Shown: positions 9,150 to 17,910 of the stretch, piece after piece
How positions within the stretch are numbered: the stretch's first letter is position 1
Layout: each line of letters opens with the position of its first letter
Assembly: GCA_002344055.1 (NCBI GenBank)
Contig: DDTH01000007.1
Span: 30,415-94,414, forward strand
Length of the DNA: 64,000 bases
Direction: 5' to 3'
Origin: Sphingomonadales bacterium UBA2369
Lineage (GTDB): Bacteria; Pseudomonadota; Alphaproteobacteria; Sphingomonadales; Sphingomonadaceae
Notes under the pieces: model-generated
The model's input: only the letters and a program-made list of their open reading frames with translations
The model's database searches: none
Told to the model about the DNA's origin: nothing
Position numbers and translations under genes: made by a program

Positions 9150-9608
9150 TTGATCCGCCTCGCCATGGTGGCTGCGCTGTCGCTCGCTGCCCCTCCCGTC
9201 GACGAGGAGGAGACCGCACCGCCGCGGATCGAGCGCATCGCCGTCGAGCTGCTGCAGATTACCGTCCAGCAGATCATCATCCGCGTGCCCCGCCGCGACG
9301 ACCGCGTCCCGGCGATGAGCAATATGGGCTGGCGCGAGACGAACGGCCCGCGCTGCATCCCCGCCCGGCAGATTGCCGGGGCGATGCCGAGTGCAAGCAA
9401 TGTCGATCTGCTGATGCGCGACAATAGCCGCGTCCGGGCGCGGCTGGTCGGGCGCTGCGCGGCGCTCGATTATTATCGCGGCTTGTATGTCGATGCGAAT
9501 CCGGACGGGCAGCTCTGCGCCGGCCGCGATGCGATCCGCTCGCGCATGGGCGGGCAGTGCGAGATCGTGCAATTCCGGGTGCTGAGGCCGCCGGCAAGAG
9601 GGCGCTGA
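9150..9608 (+). CDS. Conserved hypothetical exported protein, 4 Cys
   Basis: TTG start after GGAGA; signal-like N-terminus; PRCIP...C.ALDYY.G.Y....DG.LCAGRD.IRSR.GG.CEI pattern. Confidence 0.6.
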   Translation: MIRLAMVAALSLAAPPVDEEETAPPRIERIAVELLQITVQQIIIRVPRRDDRVPAMSNMGWRETNGPRCIPARQIAGAMPSASNVDLLMRDNSRVRARLVGRCAALDYYRGLYVDANPDGQLCAGRDAIRSRMGGQCEIVQFRVLRPPARGR

Positions 9609-9659
9609 GGCCGCATTTCCTTGACTTTGCTCTCTGCGTAACGCCTAGCCGCGCGGCCC

Positions 9660-11051
9660 ATGACGTTCGCCAACCTCCATCTGTCCGACGATCTGCTGCG
9701 CGCAGTGACCGAAGCGGGCTACGACACGCCCACGCCCATTCAGCGCGAGGCGATCCCGACCGTATTGATGGGCCGCGACCTGATCGGCATCGCCCAGACC
9801 GGCACCGGCAAGACCGCCGCCTTCGTGCTGCCGATGATCGACATTCTCGGTGAGGGCCGCGGCCGGGCGCGCATGCCGCGCAGCCTGATCCTGGAGCCGA
9901 CGCGCGAGCTGGCCATGCAGGTCGCGGAGAATTTCGAGAAATACGGCAAATATCACAAGCTCAACATGGCGCTGCTGATCGGCGGCACGAACATGAGCGA
10001 CCAGATCAAAAAGCTGGAAAAGGGCGTCGACGTGCTGATCGCGACGCCGGGCCGGCTGATGGACCTGTTCGGGCGGGGGAAAATCCTGCTCAACGGCTGC
10101 GGCTTGCTGGTGATCGACGAAGCCGACCGCATGCTCGACATGGGCTTCATCCCGGACATCGAGGAAATCTGTTCCAAGCTGCCGGCCAATCGCCAGACCT
10201 TGCTGTTCAGCGCGACCATGCCGCCGGTGATCAAGAAGCTGGCCGACAAGTTTCTGAGCAACCCGAAGCAGATCGAAGTGGCGCGGCCAGCGGCTGCAAA
10301 CGTGCTGATCGATCAGCGCATCATGAAGGTGGCCGGGCCGAAGAAGCGCGACGCGCTGGGCGGGCTGTTGCGCGGCGACGGCGTGGCGACCGCGATCGTC
10401 TTCTGCAACCGCAAGACGACGGTGCGCGAACTGGCCACGAGCCTGAAGCGCGGCGGCTTCAAGGCCGGACCGATCCATGGCGACATGGAACAGTCTGAGC
10501 GGATCAAGGAACTGGACCGGTTCAAGGCCGGCGAGATCAACATATTGGTCGCGTCCGACGTCGCCGCCCGGGGCCTCGACATCAAGGGCGTCAGCCACGT
10601 CTTCAATTATGACGTGCCCTGGCAGCCGGACGATTATGTCCACCGCATCGGCCGTACCGGTCGCGCGGGCGCGAGCGGCACGGCGGTGACGCTCGTGACT
10701 CGCGAGGATGCCGAGGCGATCGACCGGATCGAGAAGCTGACCGGCATCAAAATCCCGCTGGTCGAGGACGGCGCAGGCGCGCCTGAGCCGGCGGCCGAAG
10801 AGGAAGCGCGCGAAGAGCGTGTCGAGCGTCAGGAGCGTCCGGCACGCGACGATAAGCCGCGCCGTAGCCGGGGCGGCCGTGGCCGCGGCCGCAGCGAGGA
10901 CGCGCCGAAGGCCGCTGCCGCGCCCGCACGCGCGCCTGCTCCAGCCCCCGCTCCTCGCCGCGAACGGCGCGAGGAGCCGGAGCAAGCCGGCGGCGACGAT
11001 GGCTGGAACGGCCCGGTGCCGAGCTTCCTGGGAACCGGCTTCGGCGGCTAG
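9660..11051 (+). CDS. DEAD-box ATP-dependent RNA helicase
   Basis: Q motif TPTPIQ, AQTGTGKT, PTRELA, DEAD, SAT, ARGLD, HRIGRTGRAG; charged low-complexity tail. Confidence 0.96.
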   Translation: MTFANLHLSDDLLRAVTEAGYDTPTPIQREAIPTVLMGRDLIGIAQTGTGKTAAFVLPMIDILGEGRGRARMPRSLILEPTRELAMQVAENFEKYGKYHKLNMALLIGGTNMSDQIKKLEKGVDVLIATPGRLMDLFGRGKILLNGCGLLVIDEADRMLDMGFIPDIEEICSKLPANRQTLLFSATMPPVIKKLADKFLSNPKQIEVARPAAANVLIDQRIMKVAGPKKRDALGGLLRGDGVATAIVFCNRKTTVRELATSLKRGGFKAGPIHGDMEQSERIKELDRFKAGEINILVASDVAARGLDIKGVSHVFNYDVPWQPDDYVHRIGRTGRAGASGTAVTLVTREDAEAIDRIEKLTGIKIPLVEDGAGAPEPAAEEEAREERVERQERPARDDKPRRSRGGRGRGRSEDAPKAAAAPARAPAPAPAPRRERREEPEQAGGDDGWNGPVPSFLGTGFGG

Positions 11052-11080
11052 AAACGGCGGGCGGGATGTGCCTCCCGGCT

Positions 11081-11569
11081 ATGACGATCCGGGCCTATCA
11101 AGCGTCCGACTGGGCGGCAATTTGCCGGGTCCATGATTCTGCGCGGCTTCATGAACTCGCCGCCAGCAGCCTTTCCGCCGCCTTTCTCCCTCTCGAAGTC
11201 GCGGCCGAACGCGAAGGGCTGTTCGAGGCAGAGATCCTCGTACTCGAGCAGGACGAGCTGGTGCTTGGCTTCGTCGCCGTCGCCGGCGATGAGCTCACCT
11301 GGCTCTATGTCGATCCCGGCCAGTTCAGACGCGGACTAGGCCGACGCCTGCTCCGCGCCGCGATAGGCAGGGCCAACCGCCCGCTCTCGCTCGAAGTGCT
11401 GGTCGGCAACGACGCGGCGCTGTCGCTATATCTGAGCGAGGGCTTCAGGATCGCGGGCATTTCGGCCGGCAAGCTTGCGGGCAATGAAAGCCATGCCGCC
11501 GAAGCCCACGTGCTGCGCTACGAACCGGAAGAAGGTCTCGCCGGCCCCGGCGGGTTCAGTCGCGCCTGA
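11081..11569 (+). CDS. GNAT family N-acetyltransferase
   Basis: LYVDPGQFRRGLGRRLL motif A; NDAALSLYLSEGF. Confidence 0.85.
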   Translation: MTIRAYQASDWAAICRVHDSARLHELAASSLSAAFLPLEVAAEREGLFEAEILVLEQDELVLGFVAVAGDELTWLYVDPGQFRRGLGRRLLRAAIGRANRPLSLEVLVGNDAALSLYLSEGFRIAGISAGKLAGNESHAAEAHVLRYEPEEGLAGPGGFSRA

Positions 11570-11990
11570 AGCCGAACCGGTAGGGTGCGCGTGGGCCGCT
11601 GCTCTGGCGGTAATTTTCCGGCCAGACGCTGGCCAGGACGAGCCGCCCGCCGCCGGGCAAGACGAATGGTTCGATCGACGAAAGAGTCGCGGGGCCATCC
11701 ACGCCCGATATTTCGGCGCGCATCACGAGGCGGCCGCTCCAGACGCAATCGACATCGACCGGACAACGGCTATCCTCGATCACTTCCAGCGGCTTGATCG
11801 TCAGGTCGCCGAGGCGGATCGTCTCGTTGAGGCCGCCATAGGCATGGCCCGGCTGATCGGCGGGACGCTGCTCGCGCGGCTGGCTCTGGTTCCCGCCCTC
11901 AGGCGCGGGCGCCGTCTCCGCGACATTGGCGGCCGGCGAGGCCCCCATGCAACCGGCGACGGCGAGTCCCAGGATCAGGATCATACGCAT
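11556..11990 (-). CDS. Hypothetical lipoprotein
   Basis: Lipobox AVAGC; PLEVIEDSRCPVDVDCVWSG motif. Confidence 0.7.
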   Translation of the reverse strand: MRMILILGLAVAGCMGASPAANVAETAPAPEGGNQSQPREQRPADQPGHAYGGLNETIRLGDLTIKPLEVIEDSRCPVDVDCVWSGRLVMRAEISGVDGPATLSSIEPFVLPGGGRLVLASVWPENYRQSSGPRAPYRFGFRRD

Positions 11991-11996
11991 CAGGCC

Positions 11997-13139
11997 TCAT
12001 CCCTGCGCCCGCGCGCCATAACGGGCGGTGAACGTGGCGGCGCAGGCGTCGAGCCGTCCTTCTGCGATCGCGTCGCGGAGCTGCTGCATCAGCTGCTGGT
12101 AGAAATAGATGTTATGCTCGGTCATCAGCATGGCACCCAGCATCTCCCCGGATTTGACGAGGTGGTGGAGATAGGCGCGGCTCCAGCCGGCGCAGACCGG
12201 GCAGGCGCAGTCGGCGGCGAGCGGGGACTGGTCCTCGGCGAACTTGGCGTTGCGGATGTTCAGCGGACCGTCCCAGGTGAAAGCCTGGCCGTTGCGGCCC
12301 GAGCGGGTGGGCAGGACGCAATCGAACATGTCGATGCCGCGCAGCACCGCGCCGACGATATCGTCCGGCTTGCCGACACCCATCAGGTAACGCGGCTTTT
12401 CGGCGGGGAGCTGGCCGGGGGCGAAATCGAGGCAGGCGAACATCGCCTCCTGCCCTTCCCCCACCGCCAGGCCGCCGACCGCATAGCCATCGAAGCCCAC
12501 GTCGATCAGCGCGTCGGCCGAGGCTTTGCGCAGTTCCTGGTCCAGTCCGCCCTGCTGGATGCCGAACAAAGCGCCGTGATGGCCGAGCGTATCCAGCGCC
12601 ACGCGCGAGCGCGCGGCCCAGCGCATCGAACGGTCCATCGCCGCCGCCTGCGCCTCGCGGCTGACCGTGGTCGGCACGAGCTGGTCGAAGGCCATGACGA
12701 TGTCGCTGCCGAGCGCGTGCTGGATCTCCATCGAGCGTTCAGGCGAGAGCATGTGGCGCGAACCGTCGATGTGCGACGCGAAGGCGACGCCCTCCTCCGT
12801 GACCTTGGTCAGGGCCGACAGGCTCATCACCTGATAGCCGCCGCTGTCGGTCAGGATCGGCCGGTCCCAGCCCATGAAGGCGTGCAGCCCGCCGAGCCGC
12901 TGCATCCGCTCCGCGCCGGGGCGGAGCATGAGGTGATAGGTGTTGCCAAGGATGATGTCGGCCCCCGCCGCCCGCACATCGGCCGGCTTCATCGCCTTGA
13001 CCGTCGCGGCGGTGCCGACCGGCATGAAAGCGGGCGTGCGGATCTCGCCGCGCGGCATGCGGATCGTGCCGGTGCGGGCGCGGCCGTCGGTGGCGGCGAT
13101 AGAGAAAGTGAAACTGTCGGCGGAATTGGGGGCAGGCAT
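11997..13139 (-). CDS. tgt: tRNA-guanine transglycosylase (queuine tRNA-ribosyltransferase)
   Basis: [53 protein letters not shown] zinc site. Confidence 0.97.
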   Translation of the reverse strand: MPAPNSADSFTFSIAATDGRARTGTIRMPRGEIRTPAFMPVGTAATVKAMKPADVRAAGADIILGNTYHLMLRPGAERMQRLGGLHAFMGWDRPILTDSGGYQVMSLSALTKVTEEGVAFASHIDGSRHMLSPERSMEIQHALGSDIVMAFDQLVPTTVSREAQAAAMDRSMRWAARSRVALDTLGHHGALFGIQQGGLDQELRKASADALIDVGFDGYAVGGLAVGEGQEAMFACLDFAPGQLPAEKPRYLMGVGKPDDIVGAVLRGIDMFDCVLPTRSGRNGQAFTWDGPLNIRNAKFAEDQSPLAADCACPVCAGWSRAYLHHLVKSGEMLGAMLMTEHNIYFYQQLMQQLRDAIAEGRLDACAATFTARYGARAQG

Positions 13140-13187
13140 GGAGGCGGGCTTTAGTCCCCCGTGCGTCGAGGGCAATGGTTCAGACCA

Positions 13188-13820
13188 TCAGCCGCGCAAG
13201 CTCACCAGCGGACGGTCGGAGAAGCAGGCCTCGCGGTGGACCGGCCAGTTGAGCTGGCCACGGCCGGGCGCCGGCGACCTCGCCTCAACCCGCAGCCACG
13301 CGAAGCCAAAGGGTCCCTCGACCTGACGGACGAGCAAGCAGGCATGCCGATGGCCCGCCGACCCTTCTACCTCCACGGTCACACCGTCGTCGAAAGCGAC
13401 GATGGTCGAGGTGCGGTTGAAGGGGCTGCGTCCGTGGCTCTTGTGGCCGACAATCTGCGCCCGGACCGGCTCGGCCACATGTGCCGAACGATAGGAAATG
13501 GCCAACAGGGCGAGAAACAGCGGGGGGACGCAGAGCATCCCGATCCAGGCGAACTTCGCCGCGCGCCCCATGAAATTTGGCCGGACATCGCGATGAATGA
13601 GCAAGCCGAACAGGAGGGCGGTGCTGCACCCCAATATGGAGAGGACAGGCAGCAATATCGGAATGCGAACGAGATGATCGGGCGTAGCGCGCGCCACGCC
13701 AAAGCCTATCACAAGGGCCAAGACGGCTGCGGCGAACAAGGAACAGGCGTGGAAATAGGCCCAGCCCTTCCGCCCCTCGCGTTGGTTCCATTGCTCCACG
13801 AGCGCTGCTTCCAGCGGCAT
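13188..13820 (-). CDS. Hypothetical membrane protein
   Basis: Three hydrophobic segments followed by a small soluble domain; start uncertain (13820 or 13871). Confidence 0.55.
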   Translation of the reverse strand: MPLEAALVEQWNQREGRKGWAYFHACSLFAAAVLALVIGFGVARATPDHLVRIPILLPVLSILGCSTALLFGLLIHRDVRPNFMGRAAKFAWIGMLCVPPLFLALLAISYRSAHVAEPVRAQIVGHKSHGRSPFNRTSTIVAFDDGVTVEVEGSAGHRHACLLVRQVEGPFGFAWLRVEARSPAPGRGQLNWPVHREACFSDRPLVSLRG

Positions 13821-13929
13821 CGGTTCGCCGCGCTTCGCAATCCATTGCCGGGGATCAGGTCTGCGCCGCATCCCTCTCTATTGGCCTGGAAAGGTTAGAG
13901 ACTTGTTGGTGTGAAGCGGGCGTTCGGCC

Positions 13930-14832
13930 CTAGGCCGCAGACAGGCGCGCATAACGGCCGGGCGTGACGCCGGTGTGGCGGCTGAAGGCGACGCTGAAGG
14001 CGCTGCTGGAGCCGTAGCCGACCCGCTCCGCCACTTCGGCGAGGCCGATGCGGCCGGCGCGGAGCAGATCCCTGGCGAGCGCCATCCGCCAGCGGAGCAG
14101 ATATTCCATCGGCGGAATGCCCAGCACCCGCGTGAAGCGATCGAAGAAGACCGAGCGGGACATGCCCGCATCCTTCGCCAGCGCGCCGACCGTCCAGGGC
14201 CGGGCCGGATCGCCGTGCAATTGCCGAAGCGCCGAAGCGAGCCGCGCCTCGCCGAGGCCGCGGAGCAGGCCCGGTGGCGCCCCCTCCCCCTGCGCCGCGC
14301 GCAACGCCTCGATCAGCAGCACCTCGACCAGCCGCGACAGCACGAGATCGCGGCCCGCCATCGCGTCCAACGCTTCCTCGCCGACCAGCCGCGTCAGCGT
14401 CGCCAGCCGCTCCGCCCCGCGCAGATGCACGAGCGGCGGGAGCAATGGTACGAGCAGGTCCACGTCAGGCGAATCGAAGACGAAATAGCCGCCGAGCAGG
14501 CGCACATCGGGGTCGCCCTCCGGATCGCCGTGGCGGACTTCCTCCGCAGGCGCGGGCATCGTCTTCGGGTCGATCGCCGTCAGCGGCGCAGGCTCGAAGC
14601 CGGAGATGGTGAAGCCGGGCGTGGCGGGCAGGAGCACGAAATCGCCAGCCAGGAGGGTGACGGGCTCCTCCCCGTCCACCGCCAGCAGGCAGCTTCCCTC
14701 GATCACCGTGCAGAAGCTCGGCTGACCGAAATCGGCATAGCGGACGCCCCAGCGGCCGGCGCCGCTAATCCCCTTCGTGAACACGGTGCGGGGCCGGAGC
14801 AGGGTGACGACTTCGGACAAAGGATCGAGCAT
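13930..14832 (-). CDS. AraC family transcriptional regulator with cupin N-terminal domain
   Basis: MLDPLSEVV, WTVGALAKDAGMSRSVF, VAERVGYGSSSAFSVAFSR; divergent from an SDR. Confidence 0.92.
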   Translation of the reverse strand: MLDPLSEVVTLLRPRTVFTKGISGAGRWGVRYADFGQPSFCTVIEGSCLLAVDGEEPVTLLAGDFVLLPATPGFTISGFEPAPLTAIDPKTMPAPAEEVRHGDPEGDPDVRLLGGYFVFDSPDVDLLVPLLPPLVHLRGAERLATLTRLVGEEALDAMAGRDLVLSRLVEVLLIEALRAAQGEGAPPGLLRGLGEARLASALRQLHGDPARPWTVGALAKDAGMSRSVFFDRFTRVLGIPPMEYLLRWRMALARDLLRAGRIGLAEVAERVGYGSSSAFSVAFSRHTGVTPGRYARLSAA

Positions 14833-14928
14833 ATCAGGACTATTGCTAAATATATACGGATTTCGGATTATATATCGTCCGGCTTTTCCTGTCTAGGAAG
14901 CGTCCACCCAGATGGAAAGGACACTCCC

Positions 14929-15672
14929 ATGAAGACAGTTTTGATCACCGGTTGCTCGTCGGGCTACGGCCTGGAGACGGCCCGCCATTTCCTCGCGCAG
15001 GGCTGGAATGTCGTCGCGACGATGCGGACGCCGCGCGAGGACATATTGCCGCGCTCCGAGCGGCTGCGCATCCTGCCGCTCGACGTGACCGATCCCGCGA
15101 GCATCACCGCCGCGCTCGAACTGGCCGGCCCGATCGACGTGCTGGTGAACAATGCGGGTATCGGCGCGATCGGTGCGCTGGAAGCGACGCCGATGCGCAA
15201 GACCCGCGAACTGTTCGAGACCAATACTTTGGCCGTGATCGCGATGACGCAGGCGGTGGTGCCGCAGATGCGGGCGCGCGGTTCGGGCGTGATCGTCAAC
15301 GTCACGTCCAGTGCGACGCTGGCCCCGATGCCGCTCGCGTCGGTCTACACCGCGAGCAAGGCGGCGATCGAGGGCTTTACCGGCTCGCTGGCGCATGAAC
15401 TGGGCGCGTTCGGCGTCCGCGCGAAGCTGGTCGAACCGGGCTACGGGCCGAGCACGCGCTTCTCGCAGAATACGGACCTCAGGATCGAGGATGTGATTCC
15501 GCCCGCTTATGCGGAATTTGCCGGGCCGATCCTCGCGGCCTTCGGCCAGCCCGCTTTGGTGACCGTCGAGGCCGATGTCGCCGACGCGGTGTGGCGCGCG
15601 GCGAACGACACGACCGGCCAGCTGCGCTTTCCCGCGGGGCCGGACGCCGTCGCGCTGGCGAACACGCGCTAG
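14929..15672 (+). CDS. Short-chain dehydrogenase/reductase
   Basis: VLITGCSSGYG, NNAG, YTASK catalytic motif. Confidence 0.93.
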   Translation: MKTVLITGCSSGYGLETARHFLAQGWNVVATMRTPREDILPRSERLRILPLDVTDPASITAALELAGPIDVLVNNAGIGAIGALEATPMRKTRELFETNTLAVIAMTQAVVPQMRARGSGVIVNVTSSATLAPMPLASVYTASKAAIEGFTGSLAHELGAFGVRAKLVEPGYGPSTRFSQNTDLRIEDVIPPAYAEFAGPILAAFGQPALVTVEADVADAVWRAANDTTGQLRFPAGPDAVALANTR

Positions 15673-15679
15673 GCGTCGC

Positions 15680-16072
15680 TCAATCCTCGGCTGCCGCGTC
15701 CGCCTTCGGGCTGGCGCGGTAGCCGATGACGCACAGGATCAGCATCGCGACGTTGGCGCCGAAATCGAGCAGCATCCATGCGCTGAACAACGGCACGACG
15801 AACACGAACCAGTAGTTGAACCAGAAGAAGGGCAGCAGGGCGATCGCGTAGACGAGGAAGGTCGCGCGGGTGAAGCGGCTGAAGAAGGCGAACAGGCCCG
15901 CGAGCATCGCCTGCGCGCCGAAGCAGCCGAGCAGCAAGAGGGTGACCGCGTCGCCGCGCACATGTTCGGGGCGAAGCGACAGGCGCTCCACCATGCCCGG
16001 CAGGAACAGGCACCAGGCGCCGAGCAGCAGGAACGGCACGGCGATCAGCCGCTGGGCGAGCAAGGGGGTCAT
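15680..16072 (-). CDS. Hypothetical 4-TM membrane protein
   Basis: Four hydrophobic helices; directly downstream of the ArsR regulator. Confidence 0.65.
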   Translation of the reverse strand: MTPLLAQRLIAVPFLLLGAWCLFLPGMVERLSLRPEHVRGDAVTLLLLGCFGAQAMLAGLFAFFSRFTRATFLVYAIALLPFFWFNYWFVFVVPLFSAWMLLDFGANVAMLILCVIGYRASPKADAAAED

Positions 16073-16081
16073 GGCTTACGC

Positions 16082-16408
16082 TTACGCTTCCTCGTCGCCC
16101 GCAGCGCGGCTGGCGGCGATCGCGGCGCTTTCCTTCCGCAGCGGCCGGGAGACGGGGCAGACCGTCTGCAGATAGCCGTTCAGCGTGTTGGCGAGGCTCT
16201 CCGCCACCAGCGAATAATGGACGAACTGGCCCTTCTTGGTCCGCTCGACGAGGCCGGCATTCTCCAGAATGTTGAGATGCTGGGACACGGCCGACTTGGT
16301 GATCTCGAACCGCGCGGCAATCTCGCCTGCGGTCAGATCGGTCTCGGACAGATAGGCCAGCATCCGGCGCCGGATGGTGGAGGAGAGGGCTTCGAACACG
16401 CGCTGCAT
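16082..16408 (-). CDS. ArsR/SmtB family transcriptional regulator
   Basis: VFEALSSTIRRRML, LTAGEIAARF, SAVSQHLNILENAGLV, GQFVHYSL. Confidence 0.9.
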   Translation of the reverse strand: MQRVFEALSSTIRRRMLAYLSETDLTAGEIAARFEITKSAVSQHLNILENAGLVERTKKGQFVHYSLVAESLANTLNGYLQTVCPVSRPLRKESAAIAASRAAGDEEA

Positions 16409-16458
16409 GGGTGAGCAGTTAAGCGGTCGCTTCATTGCTTGCAACGCGCGCGCTATAT

Positions 16459-16478
16459 AATTAAGCGATTACTTAATT
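16459..16478. promoter_or_regulatory. Putative ArsR operator
   Basis: Perfect inverted repeat AATTAAG-N6-CTTAATT in an AT-rich patch upstream of the ArsR gene. Confidence 0.6.
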
Positions 16479-16495
16479 TCTGAATAGGTGATTCG

Positions 16496-16918
16496 ATGGC
16501 CGTTGACGAACGAGGGTCGGAGGTGGATGCCCCTCCTGTCATTGATCCGGGCTTCGAGAATGTCGGCTGCGCCCTTCTTCATGCGAGTGCCGCCGCTACC
16601 TTGGTAATCACGCTGATCGCCGGGTTCGGATTTCCCTTCCTGATGTTCATCGTGTTCCCGTTCGCGCTCCTCGCGGCACTATTGCTGGGCTTCGCGATCG
16701 GCATGCCGCTGTTCACGCTGGCGGCGAAACTTCGGATCGCTGGCCCAGTGTCGGCCGGGCTCGGCGGCTTTTTTGTCGGCGGCATGCTGCCCATCATTTC
16801 CATCCTTGCTGGCAGCGGCGAGGCCTGGGTGGGAGTTTTACAGATGGGCGGCGCAGGCGTGGTTGGCGGGCTTGTGTTCTGGTTTCAGCTGTTCCCGCGA
16901 AGCAACCCGTGGCGTTGA
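16496..16918 (+). CDS. Hypothetical membrane protein
   Basis: Four hydrophobic segments; TGATG overlap with the desaturase. Confidence 0.55.
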   Translation: MAVDERGSEVDAPPVIDPGFENVGCALLHASAAATLVITLIAGFGFPFLMFIVFPFALLAALLLGFAIGMPLFTLAAKLRIAGPVSAGLGGFFVGGMLPIISILAGSGEAWVGVLQMGGAGVVGGLVFWFQLFPRSNPWR

Positions 16919-17910
16919 TGCGCAGTTCATCGCATACCCGGCTCGATCCGCACGCCGTCAATTCACTGATCCCGGACGGAGCTGATCCGGTAGCGGGGCG
17001 GGTGCGCTGGGATCCGGTTCATTCGCTCTGGAATGGCGCAATGCTGGCGGCGTCGCTCGTACTAGGGCCGCTATTCTTCTCCTGGTCGGCCTTCGCGGTC
17101 TTTTTGCTGACCACCGGCGCCGGGCTGCTGCTCGGTCATTCGGTCGGCTTTCATCGCCGGCTGATCCACGGCAGCTTCCAATGTCCGCTCTGGCTGGAGC
17201 GCATCCTCGTCTGGTTCGGCACGAGCGTGGGGATGAGCGGACCGTTCTGGATGATCCGTACCCACGATCTGCGCGACTGGGCGCAAAGGCAGCCGACGTG
17301 CCACGATTATCTCGCGCACCGGGCGCCGATGCCGGTCGACGCCTGGTGGCAGATCCACTGCCGCCTGGAACTGGAGAGTCCGCCGCGCTTCGAACTGGGC
17401 CGCATCGGCCGCGACCCCTTTTACCGCTTTCTCGAACGGACCTGGATGGCGCAGCAAATCCCGATCGCCGCGATCCTCTATCTGGCCGGCGGCTGGAGCT
17501 TCGTGGTCTGGGGCGTCTGCGCGCGGGTGTCCGCATCGGTGACGGGCCACTGGTTCATCGGCCACCTCGCCCACCGGCGCGGCCCGCAAAGCTGGCTGGT
17601 GGAGGGCGCGGGCGTGCAGGCGCATGACGTGCCCTGGGCAGCGATCCCGACGATGGGGGAAGCATGGCACAACAATCACCACGCCTTTCCCGGCTCAGCG
17701 CGGATCGGGCTTTATCCGGGGCAATCGGATTGGGGCTTCGGCTTCGTCCGGCTGCTGGAGCGGCTCGGCCTCGCCTGGGACATTCAGACCCCCGACACGT
17801 TGCGGCAGACGCGGCGACTAATCGCGGTCGGCCGGCCCGGAGGCGAGGCGCCCGGGTCCTTTAGTCCCCGTCGCGCCGGGCCGGGAGCTGGCCGCCGCCC
17901 TGGTGGATGA
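16918..17910 (+). CDS. Acyl-CoA (delta-9-type) fatty acid desaturase
   Basis: His boxes GFHRRLIH, HDLRD and WHNNHHAFP. Confidence 0.85.
   Translation: MRSSSHTRLDPHAVNSLIPDGADPVAGRVRWDPVHSLWNGAMLAASLVLGPLFFSWSAFAVFLLTTGAGLLLGHSVGFHRRLIHGSFQCPLWLERILVWFGTSVGMSGPFWMIRTHDLRDWAQRQPTCHDYLAHRAPMPVDAWWQIHCRLELESPPRFELGRIGRDPFYRFLERTWMAQQIPIAAILYLAGGWSFVVWGVCARVSASVTGHWFIGHLAHRRGPQSWLVEGAGVQAHDVPWAAIPTMGEAWHNNHHAFPGSARIGLYPGQSDWGFGFVRLLERLGLAWDIQTPDTLRQTRRLIAVGRPGGEAPGSFSPRRAGPGAGRRPGG

Noticed and set aside
10790-11000. Repetitive GC-rich stretch at the helicase 3' end
   Set aside because: Encodes the usual disordered Arg/Glu/Ala/Pro tail of DEAD-box helicases
13149-17870. Shared 11-mer CTTTAGTCCCC near 13149 and 17859
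   Set aside because: Short, in unrelated contexts (tgt upstream region and a stop codon); consistent with chance
17861-17910. 50-bp convergent overlap of desaturase and serine hydrolase
   Set aside because: Short tail overlap with a low-complexity desaturase end; ordinary for convergent genes in high-GC genomes
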